In this document: positions 8,929 to 17,644 of the stretch, in pieces
How the letters are laid out: the number at the start of each line of letters is the position of its first letter
Numbering within the stretch: the first letter of the stretch is position 1
Virus record (IMG/VR): IMGVR_UViG_3300009151_000084
Coordinates: 1-57,205 of that record
Direction: 5' to 3' (one strand)
Source: a virus
Lineage: Duplodnaviria > Caudoviricetes
DNA length: 57,205 bases
Notes under the pieces: model-generated
Told to the model about the DNA's origin: nothing
The model's database searches: none
What the model saw: only the letters and a program-made list of their open reading frames with translations
Position numbers and translations under genes: made by a program

Positions 8929-10074
8929 ATGGCACTCACTCAAGGCGGCGCTTTACCTGATGTAACCACCATGCAGACGCAGAACACGACTGCGCCTAGT
9001 TGGTACACAGACTACTTGCAAAACACTGCACAGCAAGGTCAAAGTGCGGCTCAAAACGCACAATTTGTTGGCATCCAACCGATGCAGCAGCAGTCCTATG
9101 ACCTCGCGAATCAAAACGTCGGTAATTACAAGCCCACGCTGAACTCAGCGACGGGTGCGCTTGATAAGTCGATCAATTCGGCTAGTCCGTTGAACGCTGC
9201 TCAGCCTTATATGAATATGGCTGCGAACCCGACGTACAACACTTACCAGAATTACATGAACCCCTACGTCAAAGACGTGGTATCTCAAATCGGTGATCTG
9301 GCTCAACAGAACATCATGAACAACGTCGCGCCGCAGGCTAACGCAGGGATTGTTGGCAGTGGTCAATTCGGCTCTCAGCGCGGTGCCGCGGCGCTCGCGA
9401 ACACCTTGGGTCAGTACGGTCAACAGACCACTGCTCAACAGGTTGGTGCCTTGAATACAGGCTTTAACAACGCGATGACGAACGCGCAGAATCAGGCAAA
9501 CCTGTTCGGTCAGCTCGGTCAGACCGCGGGCAATTTGCAGTCGATGGGTCAGCAGAACCTGAACAATTCTGCGCAGATCGGTGGTCAATTAGCCAACACC
9601 ACGCAGCAGTTAGGGTTGGGTGACGTGAATGCCCTGAACACGCTTGGGACGCAACAGCAGCAGATTAAGCAGGCGGAACAACTGTTCCCGCTGCAGATGG
9701 CTCAGGCGCAGGCAGGTCTCATGCAAGGGATTAATGTGCCGACAGGGGTGACGAGTCAGTACTCGGGCCCCATCCCCGGCGCCTATCAATCCTCCCCGTT
9801 GTCACAAATCGCAGGCGTCGGATCCCTTGTCGGCGCCATCAGCCAAACGCCGTTCGGATCGTGGGCAGGAAATAAAATAGGTAATTTGTTTAGCGGAAGC
9901 GATTCAACAAGTGGTGTTGACGCGGCAAGAAATATGCCGGACTTCGCAAATAATTACAACACCGCAATGAACAACGCAACTTATGCCCCCGGTATCAATG
10001 CCACCAGTTTAGGTCAGTCTCAAATTTATGATCCCACTAGTGAAAGCGATGTCTTCACTTATGCAGGCGGCTAA
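8929..10074 (+). CDS. Gln/Asn-rich ejection (DNA transfer) protein
   Basis: YQNYMNPY, GQFGSQRG motifs and Q/N/A-rich helices as in podovirus pilot proteins; ends FTYAGG. Confidence 0.55.
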   Translation: MALTQGGALPDVTTMQTQNTTAPSWYTDYLQNTAQQGQSAAQNAQFVGIQPMQQQSYDLANQNVGNYKPTLNSATGALDKSINSASPLNAAQPYMNMAANPTYNTYQNYMNPYVKDVVSQIGDLAQQNIMNNVAPQANAGIVGSGQFGSQRGAAALANTLGQYGQQTTAQQVGALNTGFNNAMTNAQNQANLFGQLGQTAGNLQSMGQQNLNNSAQIGGQLANTTQQLGLGDVNALNTLGTQQQQIKQAEQLFPLQMAQAQAGLMQGINVPTGVTSQYSGPIPGAYQSSPLSQIAGVGSLVGAISQTPFGSWAGNKIGNLFSGSDSTSGVDAARNMPDFANNYNTAMNNATYAPGINATSLGQSQIYDPTSESDVFTYAGG

Positions 10075-10092
10075 AGTTTAAAGGAATAAATC

Positions 10093-11994
10093 ATGGTTAC
10101 ATCTGCAGGCGCACTTGCCACCGCGGTACCGTTCGGGATGGGGATCGACCCCCAAGCCCAAAAAGAATACACCGACGCCCTGAGCGAGCAACTGAAGTCG
10201 CTCGAGGGTAGGCAGAACATTAATCTGTTTAAGGCGGCGGGGAACTTCTTTAACCCGGGTCGCACTGGTTCGTTTGGCGAAGCCCTCGGCAACGTCGCTA
10301 CTGGTGTCGGTCAAGACGTTGAAGCTCAAGAAGCTCGCGCTCTCCCGATCGCACAGATGCGTGCGCAGATCGCAGGTCAAAAGTACGAGCTTGGCAACCA
10401 AGCAAAGGCGTTCGGTTTATTAGCCAACGCGATTGGCATGAGCGATCCCCAGAAAGCTGCACAGGCGCTTCAGTCTGGTCAGGGTCTGGTTGGTATCGGC
10501 AACAAGTTTACGCCCGAGCTATATACCGCCCTATCAACGCTAAGCCCCAAAATTGCCGAGATTGTCAAGAACGCGGCGGGCATGGACATTGATCGTTTTA
10601 AGGCGATGACGGAAGCTGCGAAGCTTAATGTTGACGTGACGAAGCTGTACTCACAATTCGGTGAAGAAGCTGTCAATTATTTTATTAAGATGAATGGCGG
10701 TAAATTACCATCACCTTCTGCGGCAGGCGCTCCTGCAACAGGAACGACTTCAGCTAAGCCAGAAGGTCAGTACGACTTCTCTACCATTGCAAATGGCGCG
10801 ACGTTGACAAGCCCAATGGGCGAGCGTAACGGTGAGGCTCATAAGGGCATTGACCTCGGTGGTATGAAGCTTGGCGCCCCAGTCACAACGCCTGTCGCAG
10901 GTGAGGTTGTTTTCGCGGGCGACGGCGGTAAGGCAGGCAACATGGTCACCGTGCGTGGCGAGGATGGTACCCTGCACTCGCTCATGCACTTTGATAAGCT
11001 CAATGTAAAGGTAGGCGACAAAGTTGACGCCGCAACAGTTCTTGGTGGCGCAGGCAAGACTGGCAATGCTACTGGCGTACACGTCCATTACGAGGCGAAA
11101 ACGGCTGATGGCAAACCAATCAATGTTATGGATAATTTCAAAGTCGCCTCGGGCTCAACATCAGGGGTTACCCAAGATCCTGACGCGATGAGGCTTGGTG
11201 TTGAGAAAATCTCAGCGTCGGAGTACAGATTGCCCTTCAGCGGAACGGTCTTCAAAATTGATCCTAGCTTACCGATTGAAACTAGAAATGAAATGATCAA
11301 AGCCGCTGTGGCGAACGAGAATTTGATTTATAAGTCGATGAACGAAGAAGAAATCAAAGCATACGCAGGCAAGAAAGCGGAGCTTATTAATATGCGTCCA
11401 CACGAATTGAGTACGCAGATGGGCGACTACGAAAATTTGATTAAGTATTTGACAAAGCCTGAATACAAAAATGTTGTTGGTGCTCTGCAGCAAAAACTAG
11501 AAGGCAGTAATGAGACCGTTTGGGGAAAATTCATGAGCGGATTGCAAGCGCTCGGCGCAGGCGGCGAAAAAGGTATTGCCGCAGGCAGATTAGGTAGCGT
11601 GTCATTACCTGTTGCGGAAATGATACGAACTTTTAATTTAACCGAACGAGAGCGAATTGCATTCAATGAAATTGAGAGGATTGTCAAATCAGGCTTGATC
11701 AGCACGATTGCGCAAAGCGGTAAAGTGCTAGGCACAAATCCGACAGATTCAGATCGTCAATTGTTTGAGGCTGCGTCAGCATCAACTAACAATCTGGCTG
11801 CAAATACGATTTATTGGGCGCAAATGCGGCGAGCTCAAACAGAGTTTTTGCGTGACGCATCCAAAGGGATCCGCCAATATACTGGCAAACATCCTGCGGC
11901 TTATTTTACTTCGCCAACATCGCCGTACATGAAGGCGGAAGAGGCGTTTGATGACAATATACGCTTGATCCAGTCAAAGGCGCCGGGTCTGTAG
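10093..11994 (+). CDS. Ejection protein with internal M23 peptidase domain
   Basis: HKGID (HxxxD), GNMV, HFDK and GVHVHYE (HxH) M23/LytM motifs at about 10800-11130. Confidence 0.8.
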   Translation: MVTSAGALATAVPFGMGIDPQAQKEYTDALSEQLKSLEGRQNINLFKAAGNFFNPGRTGSFGEALGNVATGVGQDVEAQEARALPIAQMRAQIAGQKYELGNQAKAFGLLANAIGMSDPQKAAQALQSGQGLVGIGNKFTPELYTALSTLSPKIAEIVKNAAGMDIDRFKAMTEAAKLNVDVTKLYSQFGEEAVNYFIKMNGGKLPSPSAAGAPATGTTSAKPEGQYDFSTIANGATLTSPMGERNGEAHKGIDLGGMKLGAPVTTPVAGEVVFAGDGGKAGNMVTVRGEDGTLHSLMHFDKLNVKVGDKVDAATVLGGAGKTGNATGVHVHYEAKTADGKPINVMDNFKVASGSTSGVTQDPDAMRLGVEKISASEYRLPFSGTVFKIDPSLPIETRNEMIKAAVANENLIYKSMNEEEIKAYAGKKAELINMRPHELSTQMGDYENLIKYLTKPEYKNVVGALQQKLEGSNETVWGKFMSGLQALGAGGEKGIAAGRLGSVSLPVAEMIRTFNLTERERIAFNEIERIVKSGLISTIAQSGKVLGTNPTDSDRQLFEAASASTNNLAANTIYWAQMRRAQTEFLRDASKGIRQYTGKHPAAYFTSPTSPYMKAEEAFDDNIRLIQSKAPGL

Positions 11995-12015
11995 CGCTGA
12001 ATCCAGAGGCATAAA

Positions 12016-13443
12016 ATGACAGAAAAATTCAACCCTTACGCGATCAATCCAAATGATTACATGGATCCAGAGCCCGCGCCTAAAGTGGCGGAGCCGCCTC
12101 CAAAGGAGGCTGAGCCGCTCCCGCCAAGAAGCTTTGGCAGCAAAGTCGCGCAAGGCGCTGCGATCTTAGGTGGCGGTGCTGCGGGAGCAGCGTTTAAGTA
12201 TGACAAGGGGATGTTTGGCCCCGACCCGACACAGAAGTTCCAAACCTCAACCCGCGGAATGGGTATCGATCCCCTCCCCCAATTTCAGCTCGGCACCCGT
12301 CAGGGGCAGGTCACCGAGGGAGCCCGCCAAGAATTACAAATGTTGCTTGCCAAGACGCAGGGCGCTCACTCCTTGCACGGTCAGGAAGCGCAGGTGTTGC
12401 GCGACGCGTTAGAGCGAGCCATCCAGAACCTCCCAGAGGCTTCGATGGAGCGCGGCATAGCCCTGCAACGGTTAGCTGAATTAGGCGGCGTCAAAGCCCC
12501 TAGATTGGCTCCATTGAGCACAACCGCCGTTAGTGGGGTGCCTGATAGCGTAACTCAAACACTGAGCGCTCAAACTTCTGCAGAAGCTCCAGTCTCGCCC
12601 CTTGCTAAAGCGATGGGGCAGCACGAGTTTGAGCATTACATGAAATTAGCTCGCGCAGCAGGAGCACAAACGCTTGATGATCTGGCTCGGCTTGGCATCA
12701 CAGATATGTCGTATGCGCAAAAAATGTTGGACGCGGGGTTGCACTTGCCCACCGCAGGCGGTCAGGTTTTTGTCAGACCGAATCAATTGATGGGCGCTGA
12801 TAATCTTCCCCTGCCAACGACGCAAGACCGCGCCGCAGCCGAAGCTGCCACAGAACAAGCACGAGTTCAATCCGAGGCAGCTCGACGCGCCGAGGTACAA
12901 CGTGCGGTCGATGCGCAGAATGCAAGGTACGGTTACAACAGTGCAGAAAAGCGCACAACGAGCCTTCAGGACACGATTAACAAGCTAGAGGAGCAATACC
13001 TGTCCCACGTCGGCAAGTCGTCTCCTGCAGCCGTTAAATTGGCGCCAGAGGTTGAGATTGCTCAGCAGAGGCTATTAGGTGCGCAGGCAAACATGCCAAA
13101 CGCGCTTGGTTACGCAAAACATGGTGTTGTGAAATCGTTGCCAATTTTTGGTGGCGCTTTATCTGGTGCAGGTGCGCTAGACATGGGTTATGAGGGGCTG
13201 CATCGATCGCGTACTGGGGATCCAATCGGCGCTGCACTTTCTGGCGCAGGTTCTGCGCTGTCAGCAGCAAGTATGCGTCCTCAGCTCGCTATACCCGCGG
13301 GGCTTGGGGCGCTCGGAGTTGAGGGGCTTTTGATGCTGTACGACAAGTTTGGCCCCCCCATCCTGAATCAACTCGAAAAAAGTAAATTAATCCCCAAAGA
13401 CTGGAACCCTGCCAACTTTTCGTACATGCCGGGCATGAAATAA
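12016..13443 (+). CDS. Putative internal virion protein
   Basis: 475 aa, coiled coil plus Gly/Ala-rich hydrophobic C-terminus; last gene before the terminator. Confidence 0.55.
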   Translation: MTEKFNPYAINPNDYMDPEPAPKVAEPPPKEAEPLPPRSFGSKVAQGAAILGGGAAGAAFKYDKGMFGPDPTQKFQTSTRGMGIDPLPQFQLGTRQGQVTEGARQELQMLLAKTQGAHSLHGQEAQVLRDALERAIQNLPEASMERGIALQRLAELGGVKAPRLAPLSTTAVSGVPDSVTQTLSAQTSAEAPVSPLAKAMGQHEFEHYMKLARAAGAQTLDDLARLGITDMSYAQKMLDAGLHLPTAGGQVFVRPNQLMGADNLPLPTTQDRAAAEAATEQARVQSEAARRAEVQRAVDAQNARYGYNSAEKRTTSLQDTINKLEEQYLSHVGKSSPAAVKLAPEVEIAQQRLLGAQANMPNALGYAKHGVVKSLPIFGGALSGAGALDMGYEGLHRSRTGDPIGAALSGAGSALSAASMRPQLAIPAGLGALGVEGLLMLYDKFGPPILNQLEKSKLIPKDWNPANFSYMPGMK

Positions 13444-13468
13444 TCTCCTCGACCGTTCAGGGTCGTTT

Positions 13469-13499
13469 GCCCCCTAGCTCATAACTAGGGGGTTTTTTT
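13469..13499 (+). terminator. Rho-independent terminator between convergent operons
   Basis: GCCCCCTAG-ctcataa-CTAGGGGGT followed by a T run. Confidence 0.85.
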
Positions 13500-13722
13500 A
13501 CGCGTTACCCTCGGGCTGAACAAACATCAGATTGACGGTGTTAGCAGCCTCGACATGCAATCGCGTGCAATGTGCAAAGCCGTCATTGAATGCGCTCTGG
13601 AGCATCTTTGCACGAAGGCTGAGGGAAGTTATATCCCCGCTATCGTACAGCTTCACTTGAAGCTCGATGGCATCCCAGTCGAGCTCCATCTCTACTGACT
13701 CCTGTCTGTCCATTTCAGCCAA
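13498..13722 (-). CDS. Hypothetical protein
   Basis: GGAGG upstream on the minus strand; last gene of the leftward operon. Confidence 0.6.
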   Translation of the reverse strand: MAEMDRQESVEMELDWDAIELQVKLYDSGDITSLSLRAKMLQSAFNDGFAHCTRLHVEAANTVNLMFVQPEGNA

Positions 13723-13928
13723 TCCTCCAGAGCCTTTGCCACCTCGACGTTGAGCGAGCGCACAAACTTAATGCACTTTGCTTGCTCACGCTTAACAGAC
13801 TCAAACCCTAAAAATTCTTCAAGTTTTCTTGCAAACTCAAGGACGTCAACATCATCCGCATACATGCCGTCAGGGCTTTTGTTGTCGCACTCTAAAAACA
13901 CTGCTTTGATTTGATCATTAGTAAGCAT
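13692..13928 (-). CDS. Hypothetical protein
   Basis: AGGA RBS; MLTNDQI...FARKLE pattern of small phage proteins. Confidence 0.65.
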   Translation of the reverse strand: MLTNDQIKAVFLECDNKSPDGMYADDVDVLEFARKLEEFLGFESVKREQAKCIKFVRSLNVEVAKALEDWLKWTDRSQ

Positions 13929-13936
13929 ACCGCGTC

Positions 13937-14653
13937 CTATTTCAAAAAGTTGATACGTTTGTAGATCTGGCGCGTGCGGATGACATCATGCACGCAGTAG
14001 GTCGCCACGTCATCGATACGACCTGCCTGCACATAATCCCAGACCTTACTGCCATCGATGTCACCGTCGACCTCAGAGCCCTTAGCGTCGATCCCAAAGA
14101 CCTCGCAAAGCTTCGCCATGCTGACGCGGTTTCCTACCCCTGCCCAAGCGGTCATGGTGTCGAACACAACGTCATCCCACGGCTTAGCCTTGAAAGGGAT
14201 GAACATTGGCGGCTTAACACCGACGACGATCGAGCGCTGCAAAAGGAAGCGCAGATCGAAGTTCACAATGTTGTGACCGATGAACACTGGTCGCATCTGA
14301 CTGTTGGGGTTGTAAGCGGACTGCAGGCTCTCATACAAGCTCGTCAGGATGAACTGCTCACTATCCTTCCAGTCTGACGCATAGATCACCACAGGATCGT
14401 CATCGTCGATTGCATAGGACGCCACAACGATCTGCCCTACGGCGCCATCAAACGACGTCTTACGATACCGTTGTTCAAAGTCGACATCGATCTCGATACG
14501 CTTGGCAGCGATGTACTCTTCAATCTTGGCGACGTCCTTGTAATTCGACGGCGCCTTAATCGCGAGCTTCTCCCTCTCCGCCTCAAGCCTCAGCGAGGTG
14601 ATCGCCCTGGGGTTCTGTGCGGGAATGGTCTCAAGGTCGAGGTAGATGTTCAT
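13937..14653 (-). CDS. 3'-5' exonuclease, DnaQ/PolB-exo-like (DEDDy)
   Basis: ExoI YLDLET, ExoII GHNIVNFDL, ExoIII YCVHDV. Confidence 0.85.
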   Translation of the reverse strand: MNIYLDLETIPAQNPRAITSLRLEAEREKLAIKAPSNYKDVAKIEEYIAAKRIEIDVDFEQRYRKTSFDGAVGQIVVASYAIDDDDPVVIYASDWKDSEQFILTSLYESLQSAYNPNSQMRPVFIGHNIVNFDLRFLLQRSIVVGVKPPMFIPFKAKPWDDVVFDTMTAWAGVGNRVSMAKLCEVFGIDAKGSEVDGDIDGSKVWDYVQAGRIDDVATYCVHDVIRTRQIYKRINFLK

Positions 14654-15119
14654 CTTTAACTCCTTCTTTTTGAATGGTTAATGCCAACTCAGCCATCTGG
14701 GCTTCCTTCTCACGATCGACGCGATTACGACGATTGCGGAGAATAGGATCTTTGCCCGTATCCTTCTTGTACTTGCGGAGCCAGTTCTTTAATTGCTTTT
14801 CCATCAAATAAAGCTTGTACTTCTCGTCAGCAAGCTCCTTGCGAGCGTCCACAAGTTGCTTTTCGAGGGAGTTAACCTCGTCATGGGGAGCCACCTTCAC
14901 CAAGGGATCCTCATTCTTCTTAATCTCCGCGTGCTTGCGGGTGATCAGAATGTTCTTGGCAATCGTCATCTCGTCATCAAGCCTGCGAAGTTCAACAAAT
15001 AAATTGTCAATCATAAAATTAACTTCTGAACCACGCTTATGCTGCGCAGTCTCAAGTGCGGTTACGCGTTGTTCAAGAACATCCAAGCGCTCGTCTTTGT
15101 TTTTGCCAAAATAAAACAT
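14631..15119 (-). CDS. Coiled-coil hypothetical protein
   Basis: AGGAGAG RBS; heptad-rich 162 aa. Confidence 0.65.
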   Translation of the reverse strand: MFYFGKNKDERLDVLEQRVTALETAQHKRGSEVNFMIDNLFVELRRLDDEMTIAKNILITRKHAEIKKNEDPLVKVAPHDEVNSLEKQLVDARKELADEKYKLYLMEKQLKNWLRKYKKDTGKDPILRNRRNRVDREKEAQMAELALTIQKEGVKDEHLPRP

Positions 15120-15144
15120 TGTGCTCTCCTATTAAAAATGTTAA

Positions 15145-15324
15145 TTAATTTAATTTCAATTCTTTTTTAAGAAGGTTTTCAATAATTTCAGTGACGGTAC
15201 ACTCTCGCTTCGCAGCAACAATTTTCAATTTGGTATGCACCTCTACAGGCAAATTGATGGTCAGACGTTTATAGCCCTTGGGGGCATTAAAGACTCGAGC
15301 AGGCACATCGATTTCAATCAACAT
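15145..15324 (-). CDS. Ribbon-helix-helix DNA-binding protein (ParG/CopG-like, 59 aa); not in ORF track
   Basis: Translated by hand: ...KRLTINLPVEVHTKLKIVAAKRECTVTEIIENLLKKEL; AGGA RBS. Confidence 0.75.
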   Translation of the reverse strand: MLIEIDVPARVFNAPKGYKRLTINLPVEVHTKLKIVAAKRECTVTEIIENLLKKELKLN

Positions 15325-15344
15325 AGATTATCCTAAGTTAAACT

Positions 15345-15986
15345 TTAAAAAGGAATGTCGTCATCATCTTCCACAACTGCGGAAGTCGCAAATGGTGCCA
15401 TCGCACCGTGTGATTGAAACTCAGGGCTCGCCATGATCTTCTTCTTGACGTTCTCAGACAGCGTCTCAAAGATCGCAGCGTCGTGATCCTCGATCGAGTA
15501 CATCGCAGGCGTGTTGTGCGGCTCAGGCAGACCTGCCTTCTTCAAATGCGAGGGCACTGGCATGATTGCTTGGATGTTGGTGTACTCCTTACCATCACGA
15601 CCTGCGTCACGGGTGACTGACAACATCGCCCAGACGCCGAGCACGTTCTTCAACTCAAAGCCACGCAGCTCATCAACTGTAAAGTCACGACCACGCCATG
15701 TCTTCAGATCAGCGCGAAGCGACGCCTTATCTGACAATGTCAGCGTGTAATTTTTGCTGATTGACAGAGGCTCACCCTTCTGAGTCACGGTAGCCTTGCC
15801 CTGCTCATCCTCAGACCAAACCTCAAACTGCAGCATGACCTTGTGCTGAATCTTCACCTGACCCATGTACTCGCTTTTCTGACTGCCTAGATCCACGATT
15901 TTGTAGCAGCGTGCCAAATGCATACCTGCGGGGACTGGGGTAAAGCTGCCGCCTTCATTTGCTTTCGCTATTAGTGACATTTTCAT
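15345..15986 (-). CDS. Phage ssDNA-binding-like protein
   Basis: F.PVPAG.H.ARC..IVDLG.Q N-terminus; acidic SSB-type tail EDDDDIPF. Confidence 0.7.
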   Translation of the reverse strand: MKMSLIAKANEGGSFTPVPAGMHLARCYKIVDLGSQKSEYMGQVKIQHKVMLQFEVWSEDEQGKATVTQKGEPLSISKNYTLTLSDKASLRADLKTWRGRDFTVDELRGFELKNVLGVWAMLSVTRDAGRDGKEYTNIQAIMPVPSHLKKAGLPEPHNTPAMYSIEDHDAAIFETLSENVKKKIMASPEFQSHGAMAPFATSAVVEDDDDIPF

Positions 15987-16227
15987 TTCCTATTGTGATT
16001 GTGTGTAAAACGGGTCGAGAAGTGATCCCGTGTTCAAAGCGAATGATGTTCCAATCATCCTCTGTCGCTAACCCGTAGTTGGCACGTTCAATCGCCGCGT
16101 CGAGCTGCTCCATTCTTTCCTTCTCTGCCTCTTCTGTGGCGAGAGCAAGTGCCTCATCAAGCGCCCTTGTCTCGTCAAGCTGCTGCAGCCGTTCAAGTTC
16201 TAATTGGTGGTTTTCGGCTTCGGTCAT
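15955..16227 (-). CDS. Hypothetical protein
   Basis: Acidic helical ORF overlapping both neighbours. Confidence 0.6.
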   Translation of the reverse strand: MTEAENHQLELERLQQLDETRALDEALALATEEAEKERMEQLDAAIERANYGLATEDDWNIIRFEHGITSRPVLHTITIGNENVTNSESK

Positions 16228-16367
16228 TGATGGCTCAAATATTCATCAGCCAAAATAGCTGCAACTTTATAAATATCCTCTGATACTTCAGGAGGGCTCT
16301 CGCTTGCATAAAAGCCAGACGCCAGAGCCAACATAAATTCGAGAATTAATTCTTGACGAGTCTTCAT
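16224..16367 (-). CDS. Hypothetical protein (47 aa); not in ORF track
   Basis: MKTRQELILEFMLALASG...; ATGA overlaps at both ends. Confidence 0.6.
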   Translation of the reverse strand: MKTRQELILEFMLALASGFYASESPPEVSEDIYKVAAILADEYLSHQ

Positions 16368-16564
16368 TTCACTTCCTTTGTGATTTGTAATTGTTCAGCC
16401 GACAACAACGAAAGGGACTGGTAGTACAGCCACTTTTTAATGATGTCAGGATCCTTTGAAGGAGGCGTCCAGTTGCAGGCACGCTTCCACGTTCTTTGTA
16501 CGCTAGTCGCCGACGCAGGTGCGTAGGCTTGATCACTGTCTTTCAGCTTCATTTCATCTGTCAT
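16364..16564 (-). CDS. Hypothetical protein, first gene of the leftward operon
   Basis: Start set at MTDEMK (16564), downstream of the leftward promoter; A.ATSVQRTWKR...WTPPS motif. Confidence 0.55.
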   Translation of the reverse strand: MTDEMKLKDSDQAYAPASATSVQRTWKRACNWTPPSKDPDIIKKWLYYQSLSLLSAEQLQITKEVK

Positions 16565-16596
16565 TTTTGATTCTCTGTAGTTTTGTAGGAAAATGA

Positions 16597-16626
16597 ATTG
16601 TACACACGTTAATAAAAAAGTACAAT
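16597..16626. promoter_or_regulatory. Symmetric bidirectional sigma70-type promoter
   Basis: ATTGTAC-N16-GTACAAT gives TTGTAC-17-TACAAT on both strands, exactly between the divergent operons. Confidence 0.7.
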
Positions 16627-16656
16627 CTACTTTCAAGTTAACATTTTGGAAGGATT

Positions 16657-16854
16657 ATGACACTGAAAGAATATTTTGCAAAACAGCCATTCGGCGCCAT
16701 CACAGAGATGGCAAACAAGCTAGGGGTAAGCAGGACGTGGCTGTCCTTAATTACCAGTGGCAGGAAACCCCCAAGCCCCTTATTGTGTACGTTAATTGAG
16801 CGCTTGACCAAAGGCAAAGTGAAGCGTAAAGTTTTACGCCCAGACTTGTTTTAA
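16657..16854 (+). CDS. Cro/YdaS-like HTH regulator
   Basis: MANKLGVSRTWLSLITSG...IERLTKGKV...LRPDLF; first rightward gene. Confidence 0.8.
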   Translation: MTLKEYFAKQPFGAITEMANKLGVSRTWLSLITSGRKPPSPLLCTLIERLTKGKVKRKVLRPDLF

Positions 16855-16903
16855 CAAAAAGCTGTTAACGAGTTATACTTAACGAATTACAAAAAGGACA
16901 TTC

Positions 16904-17644
16904 ATGAAATTAGATCAGATCAGGATAGACGGCGGCACCCAAGCAAGAGCGAAGATGAGCGAAGACACAGTGAGAGAGTATGCGGACTTTTTGAAGGAGG
17001 GGGTCAAGTTCCCTCCTGTCACGGTGTTCTTTGATGGCGTGGATTATTGGTTGGCGGATGGTTTCAACCGCTACTATGCGCACAAGTTAATCAAGCGTGA
17101 CGTGATTGATATTGATATCAAGAAGGGTTCTAAGCTTGATGCTAAGTTATACGCCTGCGGCGCCAACGCGACTCACGGTCAGCCACGCACTCAGGCGGAC
17201 AAGCGCAATGCTGTTCTCCTCGTATTATACGAGCCCGAATGGAAGGGTTGGTCGAATAGCGAGATAGCACGCCAGTGCGCAGTGACTGAAGGTCTGGTCA
17301 GGTTGGTTAAAAAATCATTGTTGCCTGAGCCTGAACAAAAGCCTAAAAAGACATTCCCTAAGCAAGATGATCCAGAGTACGACGACCGCGATGAAATGCG
17401 CGAGACGATTGCCACACTGAACGAAGAGCTCGAGATTGCCTCGCGAGCAGCGGCTGCAGGCGTATTACTTGAGGGCATGGAAGAGGCGCAGGCGATCATG
17501 GATCGACAGGCAGGGGAGATCAAGACACTACAGGCAGAGAACGATGGATTGAAGGCGACCCGCGACACGATGATGGTCGAGATTAGAGAGCTTAAAAAAC
17601 AGTGTGCGTACTATCAAAAGAAACTCAAAGGACTTGAAAAATGA
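16904..17644 (+). CDS. ParB/Srx-like N-terminal domain protein with HTH and coiled coil
   Basis: FPPVTVF...WLADGFNRY, N..HG.P.T.ADKR.AV, WSNSEIARQCAV. Confidence 0.75.
   Translation: MKLDQIRIDGGTQARAKMSEDTVREYADFLKEGVKFPPVTVFFDGVDYWLADGFNRYYAHKLIKRDVIDIDIKKGSKLDAKLYACGANATHGQPRTQADKRNAVLLVLYEPEWKGWSNSEIARQCAVTEGLVRLVKKSLLPEPEQKPKKTFPKQDDPEYDDRDEMRETIATLNEELEIASRAAAAGVLLEGMEEAQAIMDRQAGEIKTLQAENDGLKATRDTMMVEIRELKKQCAYYQKKLKGLEK

Noticed and set aside
16364-16854. Lysogeny switch / prophage
   Set aside because: Cro-like gene present, but no cI-like repressor, integrase or flanking host genes recognised.
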